Below, piece by piece: positions 27,376-38,248 of a stretch of 64,000 nucleotides of DNA. Every line of letters starts with the position of its first letter. Position 1 is the first letter of the stretch. Origin of the DNA: Rhodothermales bacterium (lineage in GTDB: Bacteria > Bacteroidota > Rhodothermia > Rhodothermales > JANQRZ01). A program made the translations under genes and the position numbers. The notes below the pieces were generated by a model, which was given only the letters and a program-made list of their open reading frames with translations, did no database searches and was not told the DNA's origin. The stretch spans positions 6,443-70,442 of the forward strand of contig JBBSMX010000003.1 in assembly GCA_038232935.1 (NCBI GenBank). Direction: 5' to 3'.

Positions 27376-29100
27376 ATGAAGCTCAGAAAATCTCTCCTTA
27401 TCGTTTTTGTAGGCGTGCTCGGTCTCGTGATCGGCATGCAGACGCGGGACGCCGCCTCCAGCGATCCCGGTACGGACAACCTCCGGAAGATCGAGGAGGC
27501 ATTCAGTTTCATCAGCGGGAACTACGTCGAGCGCGTGGACTCGGCGAAGCTTTCTGAGGACGCTATCGAGGGGATGCTCAAAGGGCTTGACCCGCACTCG
27601 GTCTACATCGACGCGGAGAGTATGCGGCGCGTCCGCGAGAACTTCGAGGCGTCGTTCGAGGGCATCGGCATCTACTACGAGTTCCTCGAAGGCCCCGACG
27701 AGCGGGACACGCTCGCCGTGCTGATGCCGATCGCGGGCGGGCCGAGCGAGGAAGCCGGGCTGCTGGCCGGCGACCGCATCGTCCGCGTCAGCGACACCAC
27801 GGCCATCGGGTGGGAAACGGCCGACGTGGAGAAGTACCTCAAGGGACCGAAGGGGACGAAGGTGGACGTGACCGTGCAGCGGCACGGGTACGAGCGCCCC
27901 CTCACCTTCACGATCACCCGCGACCAGATCCCGCTCAACACGGTGATCGCCGCGCACATGATCGACGACAAGACGGGCTACATCAAGCTCCAGCGCTTCG
28001 CCCGGACGAGCTACGAGGAGTTCATGACCTCGTTGCGGAGCCTCGAAGCGCAGGGCATGGAGCGGCTCGTCTTCGACCTCCGCGACAACGCGGGCGGCCT
28101 CATGGAGATGGCGATCCGCATCTCCGACGAGTTCCTCCCGGCCGACGGCATGATCGTCTACACCCGCAGCCGCCGCGGCGATTACAACCGCGAGTACCGT
28201 GCCCGGGCGGGCGGCTCGTTCGAGGACAAGCCGGTGATCGTGCTCGTCAACGAGAACTCCGCGAGCGCGAGCGAAATCGTGGCTGGCGCGCTGCAGGACC
28301 ACGACCGCGCGCTCGTCGTCGGGCGTCGGACCTTCGGCAAAGGGCTCGTCCAGCAGCAGTTTCAGCTCGACGACGGCAGCGTGCTCCAGATGACGATCTC
28401 GCGCTACTACACGCCGGCCGGACGCCTCATCCAGACGCCCTATGACCGCGGCGCGGACGAGGAGGACTACTACGCCTCGAAGGTCGAGCTAGCCAAGGCG
28501 GACCGCGACCTCGTCCAGCAGTTCATCGAGCATGCCCCGGGCGGCGGTGCGGTCGATGCGATGGAGCTGGCGGAGGACGTGCCGGATTCCCTCCGCTTTA
28601 AGACCGATGGCGGGCGCACCGTCTATGGCGGCGGCGGCATCCTCCCGGACTACCTCGTGCCCATGGACACGATCTCCGTCGCGCTGCGGACGGTGATCGC
28701 CCGGAGCCTCGACAGCGAGTTCTCCCGCGCGTACCTCGACGGGGCAGGCAGTGGACTTCGCGACGAGTGGCGGGGCCGGGAAAACGAGTTCATTCGCACC
28801 TACCAGCCCGACGACCAGCTCTTCCAGGCCTTTGTAGGCTACGCGAAGGAGCACGGCGTCAGCGTCGTAGACCAGATGCCGGATGACGACGGCGAGCGCG
28901 ACGACGTGATCGCACGGTCCAAGCTTCAGGAGGCCCGACCGCAGATCGAGGCGCGGGTCAAGGCGTATCTCGCGCGCCGCCTCTTCGGCATCGAAGCGTT
29001 CTATCCCGTGGTGCAGACCATCGACCCGACGTTCCAGGAGGCGATGGGTCTGTGGCCGCAGGCTTCGGGCCTGGCCGTTGCGATGGGTCGCAGCCGGTAG
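27376..29100 (+). CDS. S41 family C-terminal processing peptidase (tail-specific protease)
   Basis: MKLRKSLLIVFVGVLG signal, PDZ region (GGPSEEAGLLAGDRIVRV), catalytic region VLVNENSASASEIVAGALQDHDRALVVGRRTFGKG. Confidence 0.9.
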   Translation: MKLRKSLLIVFVGVLGLVIGMQTRDAASSDPGTDNLRKIEEAFSFISGNYVERVDSAKLSEDAIEGMLKGLDPHSVYIDAESMRRVRENFEASFEGIGIYYEFLEGPDERDTLAVLMPIAGGPSEEAGLLAGDRIVRVSDTTAIGWETADVEKYLKGPKGTKVDVTVQRHGYERPLTFTITRDQIPLNTVIAAHMIDDKTGYIKLQRFARTSYEEFMTSLRSLEAQGMERLVFDLRDNAGGLMEMAIRISDEFLPADGMIVYTRSRRGDYNREYRARAGGSFEDKPVIVLVNENSASASEIVAGALQDHDRALVVGRRTFGKGLVQQQFQLDDGSVLQMTISRYYTPAGRLIQTPYDRGADEEDYYASKVELAKADRDLVQQFIEHAPGGGAVDAMELAEDVPDSLRFKTDGGRTVYGGGGILPDYLVPMDTISVALRTVIARSLDSEFSRAYLDGAGSGLRDEWRGRENEFIRTYQPDDQLFQAFVGYAKEHGVSVVDQMPDDDGERDDVIARSKLQEARPQIEARVKAYLARRLFGIEAFYPVVQTIDPTFQEAMGLWPQASGLAVAMGRSR

Positions 29101-29129
29101 CGTGGGTGCCGACGCTATAATTTTTTATC

Positions 29130-29166
29130 GCGGGCGCGGCGGAGAGAGCAACTCCGCTGCGCCCGC
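29130..29166 (+). other. Strong GC-rich hairpin (15 bp, one G-U) preceded by the AT island tataatttttta
   Basis: gcgggcgcggcggag (29130-29144) / ctccgctgcgcccgc (29152-29166). No downstream U-tract, so not a canonical intrinsic terminator. Confidence 0.4.
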
Positions 29167-29387
29167 TGTGTCTGAAGGGCTGCTTCCCCCACCTTAATCG
29201 CCCTTCTCGGGTGTTTCGGAACTCGATACAGGGCTCCGTCTGTTGTGTTGCGTTGACAATCCCAGGTAGATTGGGGATATTGAGGACCGCTCTGCGCCGT
29301 CCCACCCCTTCTGCCGGTGTATCAGGCCTGCTCGCGGCTCGTCTCTTCCTTTTCGTTGTTCACCCGCATCGCCCCCGGAGGTAATCT

Positions 29388-30149
29388 ATGAAGCTCTACT
29401 CGCTGGTCCTGTTGCTCCAAGAAGCTGCGACGGAGACCTCGTTCACCAACGAGCTGGTCCAACGTTTTAACGAAGGCGGCGGGTTCATGTGGCCCGTGCT
29501 GATCTGTCTCGTCATCGGCCTCGCCATCGGCATCGAACGAATCATCACGCTCAACATGGCCGACACGAACACGCGCAAGTTCCTCGCCAGTGTGAAGACT
29601 GCCCTGGACGAAGGGGGCATCAGCCGCGCCCTCGAAGTCTGCGAAAACACGCGCGGCCCCGTCGCCAGCGTGTTCCACGCCGGCCTCCTGCGCGCCGACG
29701 AAGGCATCACTGCTGTGGAGAAGGCCGTCGTCTCGTACGGCTCGATCGAGATGAGCTTCCTCGAGCGCGGCCTCGTGTGGCTGAGCCTGTTCATCTCAGC
29801 CGCTCCTATGCTCGGGTTCCTCGGAACCGTGTGGGGCATGGTCCAGGCTTTCGATGCCATCGAGGAGGCCGGCGACATCTCGCCGAGCCTCGTCGCCGGC
29901 GGTATCAAAGTCGCGCTGCTGACGACGGTCGCGGGCCTCATCGTCGCGCTCGTCCTGCAGTTCTTCTACAACTACGCCGTCTCCAAGATCGACCGGATCG
30001 TGGTCGAGATGGAGGAGGCGTCGGTCGAGTTGATCGACTCGCTCGTGCTGATGGAGGGGGGCCGCCCGTTGGCTGAGCCCGTCGCCGTGAAGAGCATCCC
30101 GCGCCCGGCCTCGGACGCTGGCGACGACCTTACCGGCACGCGCATCTGA
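29388..30149 (+). CDS. exbB: MotA/TolQ/ExbB proton-channel family protein
   Basis: 253 aa. GGFMWPVLICLVIGLAIGIER and APMLGFLGTVWGMVQAF...GGIKVALLTTVAGL are ExbB/TolQ motifs. Confidence 0.85.
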   Translation: MKLYSLVLLLQEAATETSFTNELVQRFNEGGGFMWPVLICLVIGLAIGIERIITLNMADTNTRKFLASVKTALDEGGISRALEVCENTRGPVASVFHAGLLRADEGITAVEKAVVSYGSIEMSFLERGLVWLSLFISAAPMLGFLGTVWGMVQAFDAIEEAGDISPSLVAGGIKVALLTTVAGLIVALVLQFFYNYAVSKIDRIVVEMEEASVELIDSLVLMEGGRPLAEPVAVKSIPRPASDAGDDLTGTRI

Positions 30150-30168
30150 GGCCTCGCTGCTGTCCCGT

Positions 30169-30199
30169 GGTAGGGGTGCCGGCTCCGGTCGCCCCTACC
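30169..30199. repeat. REP-like palindrome ggtaggggtgccggctccggtcgcccctacc (plus half-copy cccctacc at 30206-30216)
   Basis: 9-bp perfect stem tggtagggg/cccctacca. Close relative of the 5035-5062 palindrome. Confidence 0.7.
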
Positions 30200-30240
30200 A
30201 TCACTGCGCCCCTACCTTCACTCTAGAACGGACTGACACT

Positions 30241-30528
30241 ATGGAAGGGCTCGTTCCCATCGCTATCTGGTTGTCGCTGGCGATGCTCGCCATCGGTTTC
30301 CTCGTCGTCATCGTCTTCGGGATCAAAAGCCTGGCCTCTGGGAAACACCGGCTCTGGTCGGTTGCAGCGATGTTGCTCCCGCTCGTGGTCTTCGGCATCT
30401 GCTACGTCATCAGCCTAGGAAACCCGGACCCGGCTACCGCCGCCGCGATCCTGACGGCGATCGTCCTGCTCGCCGCCGGAGTCATCGCCGTCCTCATTAC
30501 CGGCGTCAAAGGCATCATCGGCTTCTAG
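30241..30528 (+). CDS. Small membrane protein (95 aa, ~3 TM)
   Basis: Hydrophobic ORF between exbB and exbD. No family recognised. Confidence 0.5.
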   Translation: MEGLVPIAIWLSLAMLAIGFLVVIVFGIKSLASGKHRLWSVAAMLLPLVVFGICYVISLGNPDPATAAAILTAIVLLAAGVIAVLITGVKGIIGF

Positions 30529-30621
30529 AGGCGGGAGGCTGCCGGCGCACACGAAGCCCCCGGCGCGTCTCGTTCTACTCTTCCCTCGGAAGCCTTCCTC
30601 GTCCCTAATCCCTACCGCGTC

Positions 30622-31203
30622 ATGGGTCTGCTCAAGCGCCGCACCAGCCGCGAGGCCGAAATCCCTACCGCCTCGATGGCGGACATCGCGTTCCTCCTGC
30701 TGATCTTCTTCCTCGTCACGACTACCATCGACGTGGACACAGGGATCTACATGGAACTGCCGCCGCCGCTTGACGAGAACACCCCGCCGCCGGAGATCCC
30801 GGACCGTAACATCCTCACGGTCCTCGTAAACTCACAGGGCGACGTGCTCCTCGAAAAAGAGTTCGTCCAAATCAACGACATCCGTCCGAGCGTCAAGCGC
30901 TTCGTGGCGAACCGGGGCGCGGACCCGACGCTCTCGGACAGCCCGGGCAAGGCCATCGTTTCCTTCAAGACAGAGCGGCAGTCGAAGTACGAGCAGTACG
31001 TCAAGGTGCTCGACGAGATCAAGATGGGCTTCAACGAGCTTCGTAGCGAGGAGGCGCGGGCGCGCGGCTTCCGTGACTACGCCGACTACCGAGCCCGCCT
31101 CCCCGAAGGGGCCGAAGACGAAATCTCGGCGGAGTACCCCTACCGCATTTCAATCGCCGAGCCCGACGCCACGAACCCCTCCGCTGAGGGGACCGGGGCC
31201 TGA
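30622..31203 (+). CDS. exbD: ExbD/TolR biopolymer transport protein (long form)
   Basis: EIPTASMADIAFLLLIFFLVTTT is the ExbD N-terminal TM motif. Confidence 0.85.
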   Translation: MGLLKRRTSREAEIPTASMADIAFLLLIFFLVTTTIDVDTGIYMELPPPLDENTPPPEIPDRNILTVLVNSQGDVLLEKEFVQINDIRPSVKRFVANRGADPTLSDSPGKAIVSFKTERQSKYEQYVKVLDEIKMGFNELRSEEARARGFRDYADYRARLPEGAEDEISAEYPYRISIAEPDATNPSAEGTGA

Positions 31204-31242
31204 GTGCTCGCGCCGCCTCTCACCTGACTGCTAACGACGCCC

Positions 31243-31695
31243 ATGTCGGTTCACTTCAAAAAGAAAGCCCGCGCCAAGCAGGAGATCCCGACGGCCTCGC
31301 TGCCGGACATCATCTTCATGCTGCTCATCTTCTTCATGGTCACGACGGTGCTTCGTGAGGTGGACCTGAAGGTGCGCGTCCAACTTCCGGATGCCGAGGC
31401 GATCCAGAAGATCGAGCAGAAGCGGCTCGTCTCGTACGTCTACATCGGGCCGGAGAAGCTCGCCGGCAACCAGCTCGGCGAGAACCGCGTGCAGATCGAC
31501 GACGCGCTCATTCCAGTGATGACCGAGATCCGGCAAATCTTATTCCGCCGGCTCCAGGATGAGCCCCGCACCATCATCTCGCTCCGTGTGGACGAGGAGT
31601 CGGAAACGGGCATCCTCTACGACGTACAGCAGGAGCTGCGCGAGGCAGGGACGCTGCGTATCAATTATTCGACAAAGCGCCTGAGCCCGTCGTAG
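31243..31695 (+). CDS. exbD: ExbD/TolR biopolymer transport protein
   Basis: QEIPTASLPDIIFMLLIFFMVTT motif; 150 aa. Confidence 0.85.
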   Translation: MSVHFKKKARAKQEIPTASLPDIIFMLLIFFMVTTVLREVDLKVRVQLPDAEAIQKIEQKRLVSYVYIGPEKLAGNQLGENRVQIDDALIPVMTEIRQILFRRLQDEPRTIISLRVDEESETGILYDVQQELREAGTLRINYSTKRLSPS

Positions 31696-31731
31696 GGCGC
31701 CCGCCCCGATCCTATCTTTCTAGACGAAACG

Positions 31732-31760
31732 AGCCCTGCCGAGTGCAGGGCTTTTTCGTT
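31732..31760 (+). terminator. Rho-independent terminator after the exbB-exbD cluster
   Basis: agccctgc / loop cgagt / gcagggct followed by ttttcgtt. Confidence 0.7.
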
Positions 31761-31788
31761 ACGCACCGCCCGTCTATTCCCCTCTCCC

Positions 31789-32808
31789 ATGGCCTACTCC
31801 ATCACCCTGTTGCCTGGCGACGGCATCGGCCCCGAAGTCACGAACGCTACCCTCCGCGTCCTCGAAGCCACCGGCCTCGATTTCGATTGGGACGAGCAGG
31901 TGGCGGGGATGGCGGCGTATGAAACGGGCGGCGACCCGCTGCCCGAGGCCGTGGTGGATTCTATTCGGCGCAACGGGATCGCGCTGAAAGGGCCACTCAC
32001 TACGCCCGTCGGCACCGGCTTTCGGAGCGCGAACGTGAAGCTCCGGCAGGTGCTGGACCTCTACGCCAACGTCCGCCCGTGCGTCTCGCTGCCGAACACG
32101 CGGGCGCGCTACGAGAACATCGACCTGCTCATCTTCCGCGAGAACACGGAGGGCCTCTACGCCGGGATCGAGTACTTCGATGAGCGCAACCAGATTGCCG
32201 ACTCGATTGCCCGCGTGACCCGCAAGGGGTCGGAGAAGATCATTCGCTTCGCCTTCGAGCAGGCGACGAAGATGGACCGCAAGCGGATCACGCTCGTCCA
32301 CAAGGCGAACATCCTCAAGAAGACGGGCGGGATGTTTTTGGATATCGGCCGCGAGATTTCACGGGACTACCCGGAGATGGAGTTCGATGACCGGATCGTG
32401 GACAACATGGCGATGCAGCTCGTCGTCTATCCCGAGCGCTACGACTGCATCGTGACGACGAACCTGTTCGGGGACATCCTGAGCGACCTCGCGGCTGGGC
32501 TCGTCGGCGGCCTCGGCGTGACGGGCGGTGCCAACATCGGCGACGAGTACGCGGTCTTCGAGGCTGTGCACGGCTCGGCCCCGGACATCGCCGGGCAGGG
32601 CAAAGCGAACCCGACCGCGATGATCCGCTCGGGCGAGATGATGCTCCGCTACCTCGGCGAAAAGGCAGCGGCCAACGCCATCGGCGACGCGATCCATGAG
32701 GTGTACGCTGAGGGTACGCACCTCACCTCCGACCTCGGCGGCTCCGTCTCGACGGACGAGTTCGCTGCTCACCTCGGCGAGCGCGTCGCCTCGCACGTCG
32801 CAGCCTGA
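31789..32808 (+). CDS. Isocitrate/isopropylmalate dehydrogenase family protein (NAD-dependent IDH-like)
   Basis: ITLLPGDGIGPEV..., LKGPLTTP..G.GFRS.NV.LR, FRENTEGLY, NLFGDILSD. Confidence 0.85.
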   Translation: MAYSITLLPGDGIGPEVTNATLRVLEATGLDFDWDEQVAGMAAYETGGDPLPEAVVDSIRRNGIALKGPLTTPVGTGFRSANVKLRQVLDLYANVRPCVSLPNTRARYENIDLLIFRENTEGLYAGIEYFDERNQIADSIARVTRKGSEKIIRFAFEQATKMDRKRITLVHKANILKKTGGMFLDIGREISRDYPEMEFDDRIVDNMAMQLVVYPERYDCIVTTNLFGDILSDLAAGLVGGLGVTGGANIGDEYAVFEAVHGSAPDIAGQGKANPTAMIRSGEMMLRYLGEKAAANAIGDAIHEVYAEGTHLTSDLGGSVSTDEFAAHLGERVASHVAA

Positions 32809-32872
32809 CCTCTCTTCGTACTACTCTCCCGCAGGGGGACGACGGACCGAGTCCCCACTGCGCTTTGAACCG

Positions 32873-33298
32873 ATGATTCAACGCCTTCAGTCCCTCTACC
32901 TCCTGTTCGCCGCTGCCTTCCTCGCGCTCTTCCTCGTCGTCGGGGGGGTGTGGCGCACCGTGATCGCCGTAACCTATCCCTGGGTGACGCCGGTCTCGAT
33001 CACGCTGTGCGGGTTCGCGGCGCTCGCGGCGCTCGTGGCCGTGTTCCTGTACAAGGACCGCAAGACGCAGCGGAAGGTGGTGCTGGCCGCGCAGTGGCTG
33101 GACCTCGCGCTCGTGGTCGTCCTCGTGGGGTGCCTCGCCGCGCTCAACCTCCGCGCCGAGGTGGTCCTCGGAGTGGATGCTACGGCGGCCTATCTCACGC
33201 TCCTCCTGCCCATCGTGGCGTACGTCTTCCTCCGACTCGCCCGTGGCGGAGTGGAGAAAGACATCGCCCTCGTCCGCTCCATGGACCGGCTGCGATAG
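32873..33298 (+). CDS. DUF4293-like membrane protein
   Basis: MIQRLQSLYLLFAAAFLALFL start and 4 TM segments. ATG 32873. Confidence 0.6.
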   Translation: MIQRLQSLYLLFAAAFLALFLVVGGVWRTVIAVTYPWVTPVSITLCGFAALAALVAVFLYKDRKTQRKVVLAAQWLDLALVVVLVGCLAALNLRAEVVLGVDATAAYLTLLLPIVAYVFLRLARGGVEKDIALVRSMDRLR

Positions 33299-33309
33299 GG
33301 CGCTCCGTG

Positions 33310-33399
33310 CCGGTTGTTAGTTTCTGGCTTTTCGTTCCTGGTTAATGAAGACGATCGAGCGCGCCCAACCAGAAACGAGAGACGAGAAACCGGAAACTG
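33310..33399. repeat. Word-repeat hairpin overlapping the DMT transporter start
   Basis: ccggttgttagtttctggcttttcgttcctggtt / loop aatgaagacgatcgagcgcgccc / aaccagaaacgagagacgagaaaccggaaactg. The ATG 33345 lies in the loop, and the right arm encodes QPETRDEKPETE. Confidence 0.55.
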
Positions 33400-34277
33400 A
33401 AGTCCCGCCTCGGGTCTGGCTCATCCTCATCGTCGGGCTCGTCTCGCTCGGGATCAGCGCGATCCTCATCCGGTTCGCCAGCTCGGCACCCGGCCTTGCC
33501 ATCGCCGTCTGGCGAACGGTGTTCGCGACCGTGCTGCTGGCACCCTTCGCGCTGCCGAAGATCGGGCCGGAGGTGCGGCGGTTCACGGGGCGGGATTGGC
33601 GGCTGATCCTCACGGCTGGCGTTTTCCTCGGGCTCCATTTCATCGTGTGGATCGAGTCGCTATACCACACGAGTGTGGCGAGCGCCACGGTGCTGGTGAC
33701 GACGAGCCCGCTGTTCATCGCCGTCCTCGGCTTTCTCGTCCTGCGCGAGCGGCTGGCGCTGCGGACCGTCGTGGCGATTGTGGTGGCGGTAGTGGGGGCG
33801 GCGCTCATCGGGCTGGGCGATGCCTCCGACGCGGCCTTTCCGAATGCGGTGCTCGGCAACGGCCTCGCGCTCACGGCATCGTTGCTGGTGGCGGTCTACC
33901 TGCTGATCGGCCGCGCTGTGCGGCAGCACACCTCGTTTCTCGCGTACCTCTTCCCGCTGTACGCGACGGCGGCGGCGACGATCCTCGCCGTTGCGCTCGT
34001 GCGCGGCACGCCGCTCGTGCAGCCGTGGCCGATCCTCGCGCTCTGTCTGGCGATGGCGGTGCTGCCCCAACTCATCGGGCACGGCTCGTTCAACTACGCC
34101 GTGAAGTACTTCCCGGCGGCCCTGCTCGGCCTGCTGTCCCTCGCGGAGCCCATCGTGTCCTCGATCCTCGCGTCCGTGCTGTTCGGCGAGGTGCCGGGGC
34201 CGCTCGCCCTTCTGGGCATGGTGGTGGTGGTGGGGTCGATCGCCGTCGTGTTCGCCCCGCGCCTGCGCCGCTCGTAG
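33345..34277 (+). CDS. DMT superfamily (EamA-like) transporter
   Basis: 10-TM profile with two EamA-like halves. Start uncertain (see hairpin overlap). Confidence 0.8.
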   Translation: MKTIERAQPETRDEKPETEVPPRVWLILIVGLVSLGISAILIRFASSAPGLAIAVWRTVFATVLLAPFALPKIGPEVRRFTGRDWRLILTAGVFLGLHFIVWIESLYHTSVASATVLVTTSPLFIAVLGFLVLRERLALRTVVAIVVAVVGAALIGLGDASDAAFPNAVLGNGLALTASLLVAVYLLIGRAVRQHTSFLAYLFPLYATAAATILAVALVRGTPLVQPWPILALCLAMAVLPQLIGHGSFNYAVKYFPAALLGLLSLAEPIVSSILASVLFGEVPGPLALLGMVVVVGSIAVVFAPRLRRS

Positions 34278-34285
34278 GCGTGGCG

Positions 34286-35314
34286 TTACGGCAGCGGGCG
34301 GAAGTGTTCTGCCGGTAGATCGTCGAACGTTTTGTGGCCGCCGAGGAAATAATCACGGACGATGCTGGCGTCGTAGGGCGGGAGGACGAGGGGCTCGTCG
34401 TCCGATGGCGGCGTGTAGTGCTTCCGCAGTTTTCGGAAGTCGAAATGTGCCCGGCGGATGGCATCGACCTCGGCGAGGCGGCCGGCGGCGAGGGCGCGCG
34501 CGGCAGCGAGCGTGTCGAGGGCGTAGCGGCCGACGACGACGCGGCGGAAGTGACGGGGCGGGAGGTTCTTCCAGAGCAGCAGGAAGCTGTTGCGGAAATT
34601 GTAGTACGTCTTGCGCGGGTTGCCCTGGGGGAGCGAGCCGCCGCCGATGTGGTAGACCTCGCTCCGGGGCTCGACGCGGACGCGCCACCCCGCCCGCCAC
34701 AGCCGCCAGCACAGGTCGATCTCTTCCATGTGCATCACGAACCGCTCGTCCAGCAGCCCCACCTCGTCGAGGGCGGACCGCCGGAGGAGGAGCGCGGCCC
34801 CCGTCGCCCAAAACACGTCGCGCGCGTCGTCATACTGCCCCCCGTCTCGCTCCAGCGTGTCGAAGACCCGTCCGCGCGTGAAGGGATAGGCGTAGCGGTC
34901 GAGAAAGCCGCCGCTCGCGCCGGCGTACTCGAACCGCTCGCGGTCGTCGTACTGAAGCAGCTTGGGCTGCACGGCAGCGACGTCCGGTTGCGCCTCCATC
35001 GCCTCCACGAGCGGCGTCAGCCAGCCCGGCGGCACCTCGACGTCGTTGTTCAGCAGGCAGACGTACGCGCCCGTCGTGTGGGGGATCGCCTCGTTGTTGC
35101 CCCGGCAGAACAGCCAGTTCTCCGGATGCCGCACGACCTTCACGGACGGGAATTGCTCGGCCACCCACTCGGTCGATCCGTCTGTCGAAGCATTGTCTGC
35201 GAGGACGATTTCGAGGTCGGGATAGTCTGTGGCGACGGCGGATGGGAGGCACTGCCGGAGGAGCGGCAGCGCGTTCCAGCTCACGATGACGATGGAGACG
35301 CGGGGGAGAGGCAT
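34286..35314 (-). CDS. Glycosyltransferase family 2 (rhamnosyltransferase-like)
   Basis: MPLPRVSIVIVSWNALPLLRQCLPS..., LADNASTDGS, LLNNDVEV, MEEIDLCWR. Confidence 0.85.
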   Translation of the reverse strand: MPLPRVSIVIVSWNALPLLRQCLPSAVATDYPDLEIVLADNASTDGSTEWVAEQFPSVKVVRHPENWLFCRGNNEAIPHTTGAYVCLLNNDVEVPPGWLTPLVEAMEAQPDVAAVQPKLLQYDDRERFEYAGASGGFLDRYAYPFTRGRVFDTLERDGGQYDDARDVFWATGAALLLRRSALDEVGLLDERFVMHMEEIDLCWRLWRAGWRVRVEPRSEVYHIGGGSLPQGNPRKTYYNFRNSFLLLWKNLPPRHFRRVVVGRYALDTLAAARALAAGRLAEVDAIRRAHFDFRKLRKHYTPPSDDEPLVLPPYDASIVRDYFLGGHKTFDDLPAEHFRPLP

Positions 35315-35384
35315 GGGGCAGACGCAGCGAGGGCCGGGAATCTACGCGATCCCCGGCCCCGGTGCCTGCTGGTACGGACTGTGC

Positions 35385-35987
35385 CTACAGGTCGAGGTCG
35401 AAAGTGACGCGCTCGATGTCGAGCGTACCCTGACAGTCGCCGGGGTTGTCCACGACGAGGCCGGCATCGAAGTCGCCGCTGTTGAGGGCCGATTCTACGG
35501 CGCTCCGGATCTGGTCGGCGGTGAGAGACGCGCTGACGGGGCAGACCTCGGCGTCGATGGCTTCGCAGAGCCGCGCGCGGTCGTAGTCGGCGCTGGCGTA
35601 GCCCACGGACACGGCGCTGACCACGTCGTCCACGATATCGACGGTTCCCGTCACAGCAGGCGTGGCGTCGATGAGGAGGGTAGCGGCGAGGGTGCACGTC
35701 CCCGTGGTGCCCGCCGTGCCACGCGTGGCGACCGGCGTGAACGTGACGTCGTCCCGGCTGATGATGATGTCGTCTACGCCGGGCGAGCCGGGGATGTCCT
35801 GGCCGATGCTGACCGAACTGGTCTGGTACGCGACGGCGTTGGGGGCGACGGGGATCGCGTTGCCTGCGCTACCGAGAGGAACGTCGATGTCATCGAGCCC
35901 TGCGACGCTTTCGATGGCATCGCAGCCAGTGAGCACGCACGGAGCGAAGAGGAAGACGAGAGAGAGAAAACGGGTGGTAGTTCGCAT
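35385..35987 (-). CDS. Lipoprotein, hypothetical
   Basis: MRTTTRFLSLVFLFAPCVLTGC lipobox. ATG 35987. Confidence 0.55.
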   Translation of the reverse strand: MRTTTRFLSLVFLFAPCVLTGCDAIESVAGLDDIDVPLGSAGNAIPVAPNAVAYQTSSVSIGQDIPGSPGVDDIIISRDDVTFTPVATRGTAGTTGTCTLAATLLIDATPAVTGTVDIVDDVVSAVSVGYASADYDRARLCEAIDAEVCPVSASLTADQIRSAVESALNSGDFDAGLVVDNPGDCQGTLDIERVTFDLDL

Positions 35988-36090
35988 GGGGTACGGGAGG
36001 TCACGTAGGGAAGGAACTTTGAAAGCCGGCGGTCGGACGGATGACGACCGTGCACCCACTGCGTATCGGCACCTCGGGCTAATACATGAA

Positions 36091-36139
36091 GGCCGGCGCA
36101 TCGAGACGCCCCCCACCAGGAACGTCGGATGCGCCGGCC
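36091..36139. repeat. Hairpin in the divergent lipoprotein/recQ intergenic region
   Basis: ggccggcgcatcgagacg / cgtcggatgcgccggcc, with 12-bp perfect outer stem ggccggcgcatc/gatgcgccggcc. Confidence 0.55.
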
Positions 36140-36254
36140 GCCCCCTCCATTATCAGGGGGCCTCGATCATTATCCTGTAGCCCTAGACAAGAGCGTGCCG
36201 CCGATGTAACCTCTCGTCACTTTTTTTACCCTCGTGCTCTGAAGTCGCTCTTTT

Positions 36255-38228
<1,974 letters not shown>

Positions 38229-38248
38229 GGGCGAACGGATGCGGCCTG

